64,000 nt of DNA from an uncultured Planctomycetota bacterium (GCA_963823665.1 CAWGMQ010000010.1:544001-608000); one strand, 5' to 3'; positions 32,153 through 43,301 are shown, counted from the stretch's first letter. Notes: generated from the sequence alone by a model not told the origin. A program made the numbers and translations.

Positions 32153-32704
32153 TCAGGGCTTGCTGAAATCATAATTCACATACCCGTCTTTGGCGAGCCG
32201 GACCCCTGACTCCTCATACGCGGCGGGGTCGCTTGGCGCCCAGGTTCCGAGCCCGTCCACATAACGATTGAACATGCAGAACGCCGCCGCGATCAGAACG
32301 GCATCGTGGATCGCCTTGTCATCGGCGCCAGCGGCGCGGGCGCGGTCGATATCCTGCGACTGCACAAGGCGCCCGTCGCGGCGCACCTTCTCAGCGATCG
32401 CCAGCAGCGCCTCCATCTTCTCCGAGACGGGCGCGGCCGTCGCTTCCTCGAGCACCTGATCCACCAGATGCCGTTCTGCTCCGAAGTGCACGCGTGCCGC
32501 CGCCGCATGCGACTGCATGCAAAAGCAGCACTCGTTTCCGGACGAAACATAGGCAGCGATCAATTCGCGTTCAGCGGAGGTCAGGGACGACGGTCCCCGC
32601 AGCAGGGCCTCGGCCAGACCGCTCAGGTGCGTCTGCGTCTCGGGGTACGCGATCATCGGCCCGACGATACCGGGTGCGCCTTCAGGCAGCTTGATGTGTG
32701 CCAT
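32153..32704 (-). CDS. AhpD/carboxymuconolactone decarboxylase-family peroxidase-related enzyme
   Basis: ERELIAAYVSSGNECCFCMQSH; FCMFNRYVDGL. Confidence 0.9.
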   Translation of the reverse strand: MAHIKLPEGAPGIVGPMIAYPETQTHLSGLAEALLRGPSSLTSAERELIAAYVSSGNECCFCMQSHAAAARVHFGAERHLVDQVLEEATAAPVSEKMEALLAIAEKVRRDGRLVQSQDIDRARAAGADDKAIHDAVLIAAAFCMFNRYVDGLGTWAPSDPAAYEESGVRLAKDGYVNYDFSKP

Positions 32705-33043
32705 TGAGAACCTCTGAAGTTGAAGAAAGAAAACAGTTGCGGGTGTTCGATACTCGGATCGGCAAACTCTGTCAGTGATTCATGTGTGTTCCTGTTCCTC
32801 AAAAACGATGCGCGATCTGGAAGTCCTCTCGATGCGGAGTTTCTCTACGGAAGACTTGGAATTCGGTCCCCGCGCTCGCAGGCCGATACCGAGCCTGAAT
32901 TCGCTTCTAGATTGCGATCGCGCCAGGCGCGGGCTGGCGAATTAGCCACCGATGCACGACGACGACCTGAGGCGGTCGAATTCATCGAGCGCAGGCAAGA
33001 GCACGGGGCCGTCTACGCAGGTGCGCACCCGGCGCGATCGGAG

Positions 33044-33535
33044 TCAAGAAATGGCAAACGAGCGGGGAGGACGTTCGATCAGGGATGTGCAAACCGGGGC
33101 CCGAACTGAGCATTGGCCAGTTGGGAGATGCCGTGAAGCCAGGTAGGTCTGCACCAGCGCCGTCGGCAGGGAGCACCAGAGTTCGCTCGCCGTTGAAGAC
33201 GCGCGTGCCGGCACTTGCGGCAGCCGGTTCCCTTCTGAGCAGGAAGCCCCGGCACAAGGCAATTTGCGACCGGGTAGCATCGGGCCTGGACTGCCCGGCA
33301 AAGCACCGGCGAGCACGAGTTGCTGCAGGTTTGAAAACGACCCGTGCGCCGATCGGCTCGTTTCTGTTAAGACGCCGCGACCGCAGCCCCCTTGAGCCGA
33401 TTTCGAAGTAACCCCAGCGAGCGCGACAGCCGCCACCATGGCTGCCGCGACTGATATCTTCGCGCGAATACGGGACGAAGAGAACATTTCCACTCGCATT
33501 CTTGAAGTTGCGTCCGGCCGGACATGGACAGTCAA
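33044..33535 (-). CDS. Exported Cys-containing hypothetical protein ending in ERPPR
   Basis: Signal-like AAAMVAAVALAG...AQGGC; PCAGASCS; SLIERPPR; start uncertain. Confidence 0.6.
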   Translation of the reverse strand: MTVHVRPDATSRMRVEMFSSSRIRAKISVAAAMVAAVALAGVTSKSAQGGCGRGVLTETSRSAHGSFSNLQQLVLAGALPGSPGPMLPGRKLPCAGASCSEGNRLPQVPARASSTASELWCSLPTALVQTYLASRHLPTGQCSVRAPVCTSLIERPPRSFAIS

Positions 33536-33652
33536 AAGTTAACCCCGCGCGGATGAGATTTCAAGTGACGGTTGAGGACCTGTCGATCGATAGACCGGCT
33601 GAAGACGAAGGCGAGAGTGAACGCCAGACGGAGCGGCGGTCCTGAGAGCAAC

Positions 33653-34177
33653 TTATCCTTTAGAAGCAACGCGCGGTACTACGACCAGCTCAAACCAGCT
33701 AGAGACCCAGGCAAGAGCGTAAGCGAAACTCACCGGTGGGCCGGATAGCACGATTCCCAGGAACAATGGGAGAAACACAAATTGAAGAATCCAGTCACGA
33801 CCACCTGTGAATGAATTGGCCCACGGCTCGATCGGTGCCGACACGACCTCGGCGTATCCGAGGATGTAAACCTGGAAAGGTGTCAGCAGTGACGCAAGCA
33901 CGAGAGCCATGAGCTCGAGCCCAGCGAGGACAGTGAAGCGGGTAATCCGTGCGGCACGCCGCTCCTCTGGCTGCCGTCGCAGCGAGATCCGGTACCGCTT
34001 TGAAATCACGTACAAGCTGAAGAAGACGATATTCGCCAGCGGCAACAGGCCGCCAAGCAGCAGCAGATGAATGGCGCGTTCAGGAACATTGGCGAAGAAA
34101 CAGGCGCGAACCGCGGCGCAATTGCCAGCGATGATCGCAATCACCGCCATCCCCTTGGAAATAGAGAAGCGACGGAT
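33653..34177 (-). CDS. Hypothetical 4-TM membrane protein
   Basis: Hydrophobic ORF; extended to an in-frame ATC at 34177 that follows GGAGG (IRRFSISKGMAVIA). Confidence 0.6.
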   Translation of the reverse strand: MRRFSISKGMAVIAIIAGNCAAVRACFFANVPERAIHLLLLGGLLPLANIVFFSLYVISKRYRISLRRQPEERRAARITRFTVLAGLELMALVLASLLTPFQVYILGYAEVVSAPIEPWANSFTGGRDWILQFVFLPLFLGIVLSGPPVSFAYALAWVSSWFELVVVPRVASKG

Positions 34178-34408
34178 AGAGCACCTCCAGATTCACGAAA
34201 TGCAAGCTGAGACTTCTTGGCAAATCCGGATCTAACGCACAGGCCCCCGAGAACCAAAAGAAAGCCACGCCCGCCAACCACGCCGGGTTTGAGAGCTCAA
34301 TCATCGCGCACACGATCTCGTCGAACCCACAGGCGACCAGTGCCTATAGAGCCGAGCGCAACAACAGGCTCCCAAATCCACGGCGGAAAACGCGTGATGG
34401 CGCCCGAA

Positions 34409-34978
34409 TCACGACAACGGCTTCCGGCCCATCCAACTCGCGGTCCCAGATGTAGCAACGAGCGCGCGGATGTGTCGCTCGAGTTTTGCAATTGCCGTGA
34501 TTCGGCGATCATGTCCGCACTGGACGACGGCTGTCATCCGGCACACGTCGTTCCTCGAACAGCGGAAGCTTGGTGCCCTCAATGCGTCGATGCTCTTGGT
34601 TTTGCACGTCTCGACTCCGGGCGCGCCGTTCCCGCAGATTTCGAATGAAACATATCCATTGCGTGCGACCGGCTTCGATTCTTCCGGCCCGAGGGTGATT
34701 CTCAAATGCAATCCCAGCGCTCCTGAGTACTTCGCAAGATCGCCAAGCGTGAGCTCGCCGTCCGTCATATTTTCAAGCTTGGAAATCCTGCTTTGTGTGC
34801 AGCCGAAGCTGCGGGCGATGTCCTTTTGGGACAGCCCGCTCATGGCGCGCTTGATCATCAGATCCTTGATGACTCTTCGGTCAGCCAGTCTCCGTTCATA
34901 TGCGGCGGCGAATCCGTCATTGCCAGATGCTTCTTGCACCATGTCTGAGACGCTATTGTACGTCTTTCTGTCTGCCAT
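34409..34978 (-). CDS. XRE-family HTH protein, probable antitoxin
   Basis: GLSQKDIARSFGCTQSRISKLEN; overlaps the upstream toxin-like gene. Confidence 0.8.
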   Translation of the reverse strand: MADRKTYNSVSDMVQEASGNDGFAAAYERRLADRRVIKDLMIKRAMSGLSQKDIARSFGCTQSRISKLENMTDGELTLGDLAKYSGALGLHLRITLGPEESKPVARNGYVSFEICGNGAPGVETCKTKSIDALRAPSFRCSRNDVCRMTAVVQCGHDRRITAIAKLERHIRALVATSGTASWMGRKPLS

Positions 34979-35360
34979 GGTCCCGCTCCGCCTTTCCTCG
35001 CAGCTTGGTGATGAATGACTTGCAGAATTGAATGGCGTCTTTCTGTGTCCACTGGTCTCCTATCGTGAGGAGATGCAACTCCCTCGCGACAATGTCTGGG
35101 TAGACGTACAGCCGCGTCTCGGCGAGATTTGGGCCACCCCCCTTTTGATCAATCGCGACAACTCCGAGCGGCTCGTCATGGGTGAAGCCAAATCTGATCT
35201 GCAAAGGCTTGACGCCATTATTAAGCGTTTTCATGTATGTATCGAGGTTGTCGAGGACCGCAACGAGCTCCTTCGGATGCTTCTTCGTGTAACGCTTTTG
35301 TCGCCTCTCATATTCCTCATGGCGCCGAATGACCCAGGGATCACCGGATCCATCGGACAT
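34953..35360 (-). CDS. RelE/HigB-like toxin (putative)
   Basis: Small basic protein with ETRLYVY...LHLLTIGDQWTQKDAI; toxin-first order with the XRE gene. Confidence 0.6.
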   Translation of the reverse strand: MSDGSGDPWVIRRHEEYERRQKRYTKKHPKELVAVLDNLDTYMKTLNNGVKPLQIRFGFTHDEPLGVVAIDQKGGGPNLAETRLYVYPDIVARELHLLTIGDQWTQKDAIQFCKSFITKLRGKAERDHGRQKDVQ

Positions 35361-35856
35361 TCTGATTTCCGTGCTCACGAGAATTATATTCCAGTTTGGA
35401 ATTTTGTCCAGATCGAGCTAGCTCGCGCAGTTCCGCGCATTTGGCAAATCGCCAATTGCCGCCGAGGTCGCCCGAGGCGCGTGATTCCGCCTCATTTGGC
35501 TAACGGCGACACCATCGGAAGTAGGCGTTTCGGATCTCTCTTGATGAAGACGGAGTATCCTGCCGCGCCCGACCGTCTGGGGCAACACAGTTGAGCACAC
35601 CGGTGAGGCGCACGACGATCGCCTATATGCCAGCGCGCCAGCACGGAACTTGCTCTTTCCCCATTCGGAACGATCTGGTATGAATCCCCCCGCATCAACC
35701 GCCGCACTTCTCGGTCTGCGCTTGATTTGCGCCCCAGATCGCGTTGTGCTGCGGCTTCTCCCTGTCCAGACGCAGCTCGGACCATCGAGTCTCACATCTC
35801 TCTCGCGTTCAAGGCGTCGCGTAGACCAGGGCGTTCCCAAGGAGGGGATCGATTCC

Positions 35857-37890
35857 ATGGGCCGGCGACTACTGTTGATTCTCGGAATCTTGCTCGCGGC
35901 ATCCTCCGGCGGCAGCACTGCGCTCGCGCAGGAACAGGACCAGGGGCAAGACCGCCCGCCGGCCGCGCCGACGCCGGTCCCCTTCTCCCCACCCTCGGGC
36001 GACACCAACGCCGAGACTGCGATTCCCGAGGACCTGAAATTGCCTCCGGCTCCGGTTGAAGCCGGTGAGAAGATCGACGAGCCCGCGAGCCGCCCTGCGG
36101 CGAAAGACGACAACACCGGCGATTCCCACCCGCGAACCGTCAAGTCCACCCCGGCCAATCCCAGGGGGAAGTCCGCGAAAGAGAAAGACAAGGAAAAGGG
36201 GAAGGGGCCAGCGACCGAGGAGGAGAGCGAGCCCCCCCGTCAACTGGACGCCGGAATTGATGATCTCATCCGCGGCGCAAAGCCAAAGGGCAAGGATCCG
36301 CTGCGCATCCGCACCGATCCCAGCGTGGTTCGCACTCAAGGACCGGCCGCCCCTGACGGTGCGCCCGCCTGCGCCGGCTCGCACGGAAGCCACCGGCCCG
36401 ACCGTGGACCGGCTTCCCATCGGCAAGCAATCGGTCGCCGTGACGGTCGACGTCCAGGCTCCCGCCAGCATGAATTTGAACCAGGTCGCGAATCTCAAGC
36501 TGTCCATCCGCAACACCGGGACCTCGGATGCGCTCAACGTCGACGTCGAGGACGAGCTTCCCGAAGGACTCAAATATGTCGCCAGCGTCCCCGAAATGGT
36601 CCGATCGCACGAATCGCATCTGAGCTTCCGCATTCCCACGCTCGCGGCCGGCTCTGAGCGGACGATCAGCGTCAAGGTGAAGCCGACCAAGACCGGGCCG
36701 TTCGACCATGCCGCGACCGTGAAGTTCGAGACCGGCTGCCGGTCGCGCACACGAGTGCTCGAGCCCAAGCTCAAGGTCGACGTCGTTGCCAATCCCACCA
36801 CCGGAAAGGTCCTGAAGGGCCAGCCGGTCGAGTTCAAGGTGACCATCACGAATCTCGGGCGACGGCCGGGCGCGAAACGTCGCGATCCAGGCCAAGCTCA
36901 GCCCGGGCCTCCGCCACGATACTGCGCTCCAAGAGCGAAGATCCTGTCCTCTACGAGCTCACTCTGCCCGAGCTCTTGCCCGGCCACTCCGAGAAGCTCG
37001 ACACCTCGTCGCCGACGCCGTCATCGGCGGCGAGCAGAGTTGCACCGTCACCGCCAAGAGCGATGACGTCGTCTTCGTGCAAGAAGACGCCCAGGTGACC
37101 AAGACCATCGCCGTGGTCACGCCCCAGCTCGAGGTCCACGTCGTCGGCCCCGACCAGCGTTTCACCGATACCATCGCAGACTACGAGGTCATTCTCCAGA
37201 ACTCGGGCACCGCCCCGGCCCGGAGAATCCGCGTCACCACCACGCTGCCGACCAGCGGAAAACTGGTCGGTCAGCGTCCCCCCGACGCGCGCTACGACGC
37301 GACAACCCGCCGGCTCACATGGACGATCGACCAGATCGACCCGCAGGCCAAACCACTCTCATTTCCGTTCCATGTCCGGGTGGGCGACAAGGGCCGCTAC
37401 GAAGTGCTCGCCGAGGCGAGCGGCGACAGCGGCCTCAAGGAAGACAGACCTCAAGCGCACCGACGTCCTCGGCATGCCCGACGTCGATGTGCTCGTGAGC
37501 GAAGCCAAGCGAGTCGTCGATCAGGGCGGACAGACCACGTTCGAGATCCGCTTGAGAAACTACGGCACCAAGGACGCGACCAACATTCAGGTCACCGCCA
37601 CACTCTCGCCCAACCTCGAAGTTCAGAAGGTAGGCGGCGGGTCGAAGGAAGTCTCAATGCAAACGTCGCCGACTAAGGACAAAGTCATGTTCTCCCAGAT
37701 CCCCAAGCTGGGGCCGGGAAAAGAGATGACCCTCTGGACGACCGTGAAAGTCATCGGCCCGGCGCCGAAGCTCGCGACTTGCAAGGTGGTCATCACCCAC
37801 GACGATCTGAGCGATACGTTCGAAGACATGGCCGGCGTCAAGGTAACCGCCGCCCGCGGTGCCGCCCCCGAAGCGACGAGCAAGCAATAG
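35857..37890 (+). CDS. Exported DUF11/OmcB-like repeat protein; several frameshifts
   Basis: AGGAGG RBS; signal peptide; repeats IRNTGTSDA, ITNLG, LQNSGTAPA and LRNYGTKDA spread over ORFs 35650, 36056, 37077 and 37372. Confidence 0.78.
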
Positions 37891-37907
37891 CGATCAAAGC
37901 AGGAACC

Positions 37908-38095
37908 GCTGCCATTCGCTCCGCGAAATTGCGTCCGCGCTCGCCCGCTCCGGCGGCAGAACTTCGGCCCTGCGTGGCACCGGCACTGCCGGTGGTCCGG
38001 TGTAGCAGGCACACTCCGTGTGCCGCCCGCTGAACGCGCTCGATGGGTGGCACCGGCTCCGCCCGTAGCCCTCGTTCCCACGCTCCGCGTGGGGA
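37908..38095. repeat. Mosaic cluster of different REP-like palindromes between convergent genes
   Basis: TTCGCTCCGCGAA (also at 22494-22520), GTGGCACCGG twice, the GTAG REP at 38001, and CTCGTTCCCACGCTCCGCGTGGG at 38071. Confidence 0.7.
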
Positions 38096-38247
38096 TGTCC
38101 CAGCTACCGCTCTGCGGCGAGCCCGACTCTGGTCTGGCAACTCGATGAGTGACCCGTTCCCGTACGTCCGCGTTGCTCAAAACGAGTTCGCGACGGCCCG
38201 AATGACCCAGTCGGCATGCAGCCTATCGAACCCGACGCGGCAACCCC

Positions 38248-38847
38248 TCACAACACCACCCCCGGCTCCTGCTTGTAAGCCGACCCGATCCTGCAAAGCT
38301 GCTCGAGCAGCGCGGCAAATAAGTCAAACAGCGATTTCAGCCGCTCCACGTCCTTGATCACCCCCACGACCAGGAAATGCAGCTCATCGACATTGTCCGG
38401 AAACTTGGGCCCAAACCACCCCTCGCTGTCTTTCACATCAAGCTTGATCGTCGGCTGAGCCTGCACGAGCGCCCTGAGCTTTTTGTCGGCGAAGAGATGC
38501 TGCACTCTCGGCTCGTTATTTCCCTGGATGATGAACGCTTCGTCGAATTCCGGATCGCCCACCTCGATGTCCTGCATGCCCAGCATCTTGCCTAGCCCGC
38601 TGAAAACTCCCTTCCGGTAGATCGTGAACCGGAAGCCCTCCGTGTTGAAGTAAGGAGCACGCATGCGAGTATAAGTGATAGACGATTTTCCCGTTGAGAC
38701 CGTGTAGGTATCAAGGGTAATCGTCCATGGCCCGACAACCGCCTGCACCGTGTTCCCTTTCCATCCGCCACCTTCGACAAACTTCGCGCCGATCTCCGCG
38801 CAAAGCTGCCGCCACACTTCATCTTTGCTAGGACCGAAGAACGCCAT
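38248..38847 (-). CDS. Conserved hypothetical protein (DUF3137-like)
   Basis: Clean ORF with RBS; YTRMRAPY; GMQDIEVGDPEFDEAF. Confidence 0.75.
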   Translation of the reverse strand: MAFFGPSKDEVWRQLCAEIGAKFVEGGGWKGNTVQAVVGPWTITLDTYTVSTGKSSITYTRMRAPYFNTEGFRFTIYRKGVFSGLGKMLGMQDIEVGDPEFDEAFIIQGNNEPRVQHLFADKKLRALVQAQPTIKLDVKDSEGWFGPKFPDNVDELHFLVVGVIKDVERLKSLFDLFAALLEQLCRIGSAYKQEPGVVL

Positions 38848-38965
38848 CGGAAACTCCCTTCAGAATGACAGTCGACGCAGTTCACCACGGCGTGACCACG
38901 GTCGTGAAACCGTGGTCTGGACGGGGAATGTGTGCCTCGCACGTCAGTGCGACCGCCCCGGCGGA

Positions 38966-39520
38966 TCACGCTTGCGCCCAGGATAATCCCATGCTCTCCC
39001 CTTCCAGATCGATACCCCACTCACTTTTCACGAACTCGGGAACGAAACCCATCGTCGCCCTCCCATCCGCCCACCAGATCGTCTCCTGCCGCCTGGCGAT
39101 CTCGGTGGAGAGATAGCGAGGATCAGGCAGCATCCCCACCCGTCCCAGGTCGAGCCGGTCCGCGTCCCAGCACGTCTGGATCGTACGGTCCGGATGGGTG
39201 CGCTCCCGCGTGTGGCCAGCGCACGCGCGATGCAACAGGCGGAAATGCTCATCATCAATTTCAAATACTTCACCCCGAAGTGCCCGCGCCAGCTCCGCCG
39301 CGCGCGGCCCGTGCTGCGGATCGTGGTGTTCGTTCACGCGCCGGCAATCGTGCAGCACGGCGAAAAGCTGAACCACTTCAATCGTGGCACCCGTCTCCTC
39401 CGCCAGACGAAGCCCATTCTCGAGCACCCTGGCCCAGTGCGCCACGCCGTGAAATCCAATCCAGGGCAGAGTGTAGTCCTCGAGAACGGTGTGCAAGATC
39501 AGTGGCAGATTCAGGGGCAT
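38966..39520 (-). CDS. HD-domain phosphohydrolase
   Basis: [16 protein letters not shown] and CWDADRLD. Confidence 0.85.
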   Translation of the reverse strand: MPLNLPLILHTVLEDYTLPWIGFHGVAHWARVLENGLRLAEETGATIEVVQLFAVLHDCRRVNEHHDPQHGPRAAELARALRGEVFEIDDEHFRLLHRACAGHTRERTHPDRTIQTCWDADRLDLGRVGMLPDPRYLSTEIARRQETIWWADGRATMGFVPEFVKSEWGIDLEGESMGLSWAQA

Positions 39521-39799
39521 GGCACTCTGTCTCTCTTCATTGGCGGAGTGGCACCTCCACGAAGCCGAATGGTGCCGCGCAGCGATTCTTATCATACCGC
39601 GCGACCGGTCCTCTCCGCTGGCCCGCGACCGTCGTTCAGCGGCCGGCTGCAGGGGCGAACACGTTCGCGGCCAGCTCCGCCTCGCACCCCGTCAAGGAAG
39701 AAGAGGTTCCGAGGCCAGGCGCCAGAGATGGCGACCAGCAACGTCTTCTTCGTTGCCGTCGTTACCTTCTGTTCAAAGACTTATGGAATCACGGTCGGG

Positions 39800-40270
39800 A
39801 AGGCGACGCTCCTGGCCAACCTCGAGCTGCTCGAGGGCGCAGGGGGCCACCCCGCCACGATGGCCTGGTGGCAGAAGAACAAGGAAGCCTGGGACCAGAC
39901 CCGCACCGAGCTCCAGACCCCGCTCGCCGCAATGCAGAACTACCTCGCCTGGCTCAAGCGACTTCCGGGCAAGCCGGTCTTCGTGCGCTACCCGGCTGCG
40001 TATGACTTTCTCTTCGTCTACTGGTACTTGATTCGTTTCGCCGGCGAGAGCCCGTTCAGTCACTCGGCGCTCGACATCAAGACCTTTGCCATGGCCATGC
40101 TGCGTGTGCCATACCGCGACGCAACCAAACGGAACATGCCAAAGCAATGGTTCTCAGACGCTCCGCACACGCACAACGCTCTGGACGACGCAATTGAACA
40201 GGGCCGGCTGTTCTGCAACATGCTCGCCGAACACCGGCGTCAATGTGCTGCCGCCGGCAATTCACCGTGA
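39800..40270 (+). pseudogene. DEDDh 3'-5' exonuclease (Rv2179c-like), lacking the ExoI motif
   Basis: ExoII AAYDFLF, ALDIK and Exo[12 protein letters not shown] present; no upstream DxE motif seen; start approximate. Confidence 0.7.
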
Positions 40271-41271
40271 CCGCGATACCACGCGACGATATCGGCCAGT
40301 GTCTCGTCGAACGGCCGAAAAGATACGCCGATCTCCCGCTCGCTCTTGGCGTGGTTCATACGGCTTCGCTCGTTTTCACGCGCGAGCAATTTCACCGACG
40401 CCAGGCTGATCAGCACGGGTCGACCGGTGATTCTGGCATAAGCCTCATACCCGGTCGCGATCACGAACAAGAGCGGGATCGGAATGCGCAAGCTCGGTGC
40501 TTTGGTCCCGGTCGCGCGCTCGAGGCCCGCGGCGACTTCGTACATCGTCATGTGACGCCCCGCGCACAGGTACTTCTCGCCACGCCGCCCGCGTTCTGCC
40601 ACCGCAACCGAAAACGTCGCCACGTCGCGGGCATCGACCACCGCGAACGACCCCGGCACCAGCCCGGGCAGCTTCCGCCGGGCGAAATCGAGCACGAGCT
40701 GGCCGCTGGCGGTCGGGCCGGCGTCGCCGGGTCCGAACATGAATCCGGGAAGCACGAATGTCGCGTCGAAATCCGCATGGCTCTCGAGAAAGGCCATGAT
40801 CGCGTGATCGCACAAGATCTTGCTGCGGAAGTAATCGTTCGCGTCAGCCTCGGCCCGTGGCATCGTCTCGTCAATGCGCGATCCTGGCGGCCCGTCCAGC
40901 ACGCCCCCCGACGAGGTGTGCACCATCCTCCGCACCCCCACCCCATACGCAGCGTCCAGCAGTGCCTCGGTCCCCGTCACATTAACGCGAAAAAGCTCGT
41001 CCCAGTGCCGTCCACCCTTGTAACTGTCGCGAAAGAACGCCGCCGTATGGAACAGCACATCCACCCCTCGCAACGCCTCCTTGAACGACGAAATGTCCTT
41101 CATGTCCCCCTCGACAATCTCCACGTCCAGTCCGCCGAGAAGGTCCTTGGCTTTTGGCCGCGAGCGCACGAGCGCCTTCACGCGATGCCCTCGCTCCACG
41201 AGCGCGCGCACCAGGTTGTTCCCCAGAAGCCCGGTCGCACCGGTAACGAAAGCGGTCGTGAACGGAGTCAT
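40240..41271 (-). CDS. NAD-dependent epimerase/dehydratase (extended SDR, dihydroflavonol reductase-like)
   Basis: [17 protein letters not shown] and YFRSK. Confidence 0.92.
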   Translation of the reverse strand: MTPFTTAFVTGATGLLGNNLVRALVERGHRVKALVRSRPKAKDLLGGLDVEIVEGDMKDISSFKEALRGVDVLFHTAAFFRDSYKGGRHWDELFRVNVTGTEALLDAAYGVGVRRMVHTSSGGVLDGPPGSRIDETMPRAEADANDYFRSKILCDHAIMAFLESHADFDATFVLPGFMFGPGDAGPTASGQLVLDFARRKLPGLVPGSFAVVDARDVATFSVAVAERGRRGEKYLCAGRHMTMYEVAAGLERATGTKAPSLRIPIPLLFVIATGYEAYARITGRPVLISLASVKLLARENERSRMNHAKSEREIGVSFRPFDETLADIVAWYRGHGELPAAAH

Positions 41272-41581
41272 GTCGGCCACTCGTCGAAGGATGTTGCCGG
41301 ACCAGTGTTCCATGTCATTACGTCCGGAATGTCGCCATACTACCCGCCCCGTCGCCCAGGAAGAACCGTCCGCCGGTTGTCGCGTGTGGACGACGATCCA
41401 TGTAGCAGGCACACTCCCTGTGCCGCCCGCGTCATTCATCGGTCATGCGCTGATCATCTTGCCAGCACATCGCTCCGCGGAGGAGCATGGATTCACCACA
41501 AAAATCGAGATCGTGGAATACAACATCGGCGTGGTGCGTCCAAGGTGTATGAGAAGTGTCGCCAATATGGAGGGTATTACC

Positions 41582-42472
41582 ATGCATCAGCCCCCTGTGA
41601 ATCGAAGCGGGATCTCGTTCACGCTCAGAGCGCCTGCGTGTTTCTCGGTGCTGGGCGCCATCCTGATCATTGCATCGACCGGCTCCGGCCTCGGCGATCG
41701 CCGGGCCGCCCACGGCCAAACTGCGAAGGCGGCACCAAGTGCGCCCTCGGCGGGAGGCTCTGGCAGCCTCGACGAGATGCGAGCGCTCATCCGCGAGCTC
41801 GAATCCCAGGCCGAAGTGCAGCGTGATCAGCTCCAGAACACCGAAACCAGCTTGCGGCGGGCGCGAGCGATCCTCACCGATCTCGAACGAGTCCAGCAGC
41901 CCCAAGAACCCATCTCGCCTGAGCGTTCATCCAAGCACACGTTCAATCCCAATGATCCGATGCAGGGCGAGACGCTCTCTCAGCAAGCGCTGGCTGAGAA
42001 AACGCCATGGTCATGGTCTGTCGAAACCGCGACTCCCGAGGCGTGTGCCCGCCACTTCGGCGGCGGTTACGACGTCGAGATCAAAGCCCCCGATGTGCCC
42101 TCCCTGCCGCCGATGGTCGAGGTTCGAAAAGGCGGCAACACCATCGTGTCCTGGCGCGCGCACATCGCGTCGGTCTTCCTGCGAGGGGTCGATACACTTT
42201 ATTACGCCGAATTCAGTCCCTATTCCTCCGGCTGTAGCATTGTCGCTTACCACCTCAAGCATGGCGAACAATGGAAGACCCCGCTCTGGGGCATCGGGCC
42301 GCTCGGTAATTCGATGTACACGAACCGCGTCAACATGAAACTGGACGGCAACCACGTGATCCTTTACGGCGACGAATCCGCCGGCCGCTACATCCAGCTC
42401 CTCGACATTCGAACCGGCAGAGTCGTCGGGCGCCGCAGAGGCGCGGACTTGAAGCTCACCGTGCCGAGGTGA
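41582..42472 (+). CDS. Hypothetical exported protein with coiled coil and beta-rich C-terminus
   Basis: GGAGG RBS; hydrophobic N-terminus; heptad region. Confidence 0.65.
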   Translation: MHQPPVNRSGISFTLRAPACFSVLGAILIIASTGSGLGDRRAAHGQTAKAAPSAPSAGGSGSLDEMRALIRELESQAEVQRDQLQNTETSLRRARAILTDLERVQQPQEPISPERSSKHTFNPNDPMQGETLSQQALAEKTPWSWSVETATPEACARHFGGGYDVEIKAPDVPSLPPMVEVRKGGNTIVSWRAHIASVFLRGVDTLYYAEFSPYSSGCSIVAYHLKHGEQWKTPLWGIGPLGNSMYTNRVNMKLDGNHVILYGDESAGRYIQLLDIRTGRVVGRRRGADLKLTVPR

Positions 42473-42632
42473 GTGATACCGAGCACGGCCCCACGATCGA
42501 GACCCCCCGGCGGAAATACGTTCGCAAACTGCGGACGAGACCGACGGTATTAAACCTGGTCCGGGTAGGCGACCTCGTAAGTTTCAAGTAATATTGACCA
42601 TGCAAAGAGATCTTCGTTTCCGGGGCACCGCA

Positions 42633-43253
42633 ATGGCGACCGCACCGCACACCATGACTGATGTTCCATCCAGCCAGGAATGGAAGGACGTGCTCGAAGA
42701 AATACTTCCGCGGCAGGGCCAGTGGAGCGAGCAAGAGTATCTCGTTCTGACCGACCACCGGACGCGCCTGATCGAGTTCACCGACGGTTTTCTGGAAGTT
42801 CTGCCGATGCCGACCGACAAGCACCAGGCGATCTTGGGGTTCCTCTACACTGCCTTCCTGAGCTTCATCGAGCCTCGAGGCGGCAAGGTCCGCTTTTCGC
42901 CGTTGCGGCTGCGAATTCGGTCGGGTAAGTACCGCGAACCCGATCTTCTGTTGCTGCGACATGCCGACGATTCGCGCCGCCAGAACCGGTTCTGGCTCGG
43001 CGCCGATCTGGCTCTCGAAGTCGTCAGCGAAGAGAAACCGGAACGAGACCTGGTTGAGAAGCGGGGCGACTACGCCGAGGGCCGCGTTCCGGAATACTGG
43101 ATCGTTAACCCGCAGTCACAAACAATCACGGTCCTGGCATTGCGCGGAGATTCTTACGTCGAAGCAGGCGTCTATCCGCGCGGGGAAACAGCAGCATCGG
43201 TGGCGCTGCCGGACTTTTCGGTCGCCGTTTCCGCGGTTTTCGACGCCGATTGA
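42633..43253 (+). CDS. Uma2-family (DUF820) endonuclease
   Basis: REPDLL, ADLALEVVS and KRGDYAEGRVPEYWIVNP. Confidence 0.92.
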   Translation: MATAPHTMTDVPSSQEWKDVLEEILPRQGQWSEQEYLVLTDHRTRLIEFTDGFLEVLPMPTDKHQAILGFLYTAFLSFIEPRGGKVRFSPLRLRIRSGKYREPDLLLLRHADDSRRQNRFWLGADLALEVVSEEKPERDLVEKRGDYAEGRVPEYWIVNPQSQTITVLALRGDSYVEAGVYPRGETAASVALPDFSVAVSAVFDAD

Positions 43254-43301
43254 AGCGGCAGACCCGGCAACGCCGCGATCGCTGCTCCAATCCGCGTCGC
43301 T

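Noticed and set aside
32770..32790. Three-codon ORF (Met-Asn-His-TGA) upstream of the AhpD-like gene as a leader or read-through
   Set aside because: Not in frame with the downstream gene and too short to support
40243..41826. Long alternative ORFs (also 60510-61820, 62000-63334, 47198-48379, 3187-4389, 14281-15348)
   Set aside because: Antisense shadows of well-supported genes, as expected in high-GC DNA
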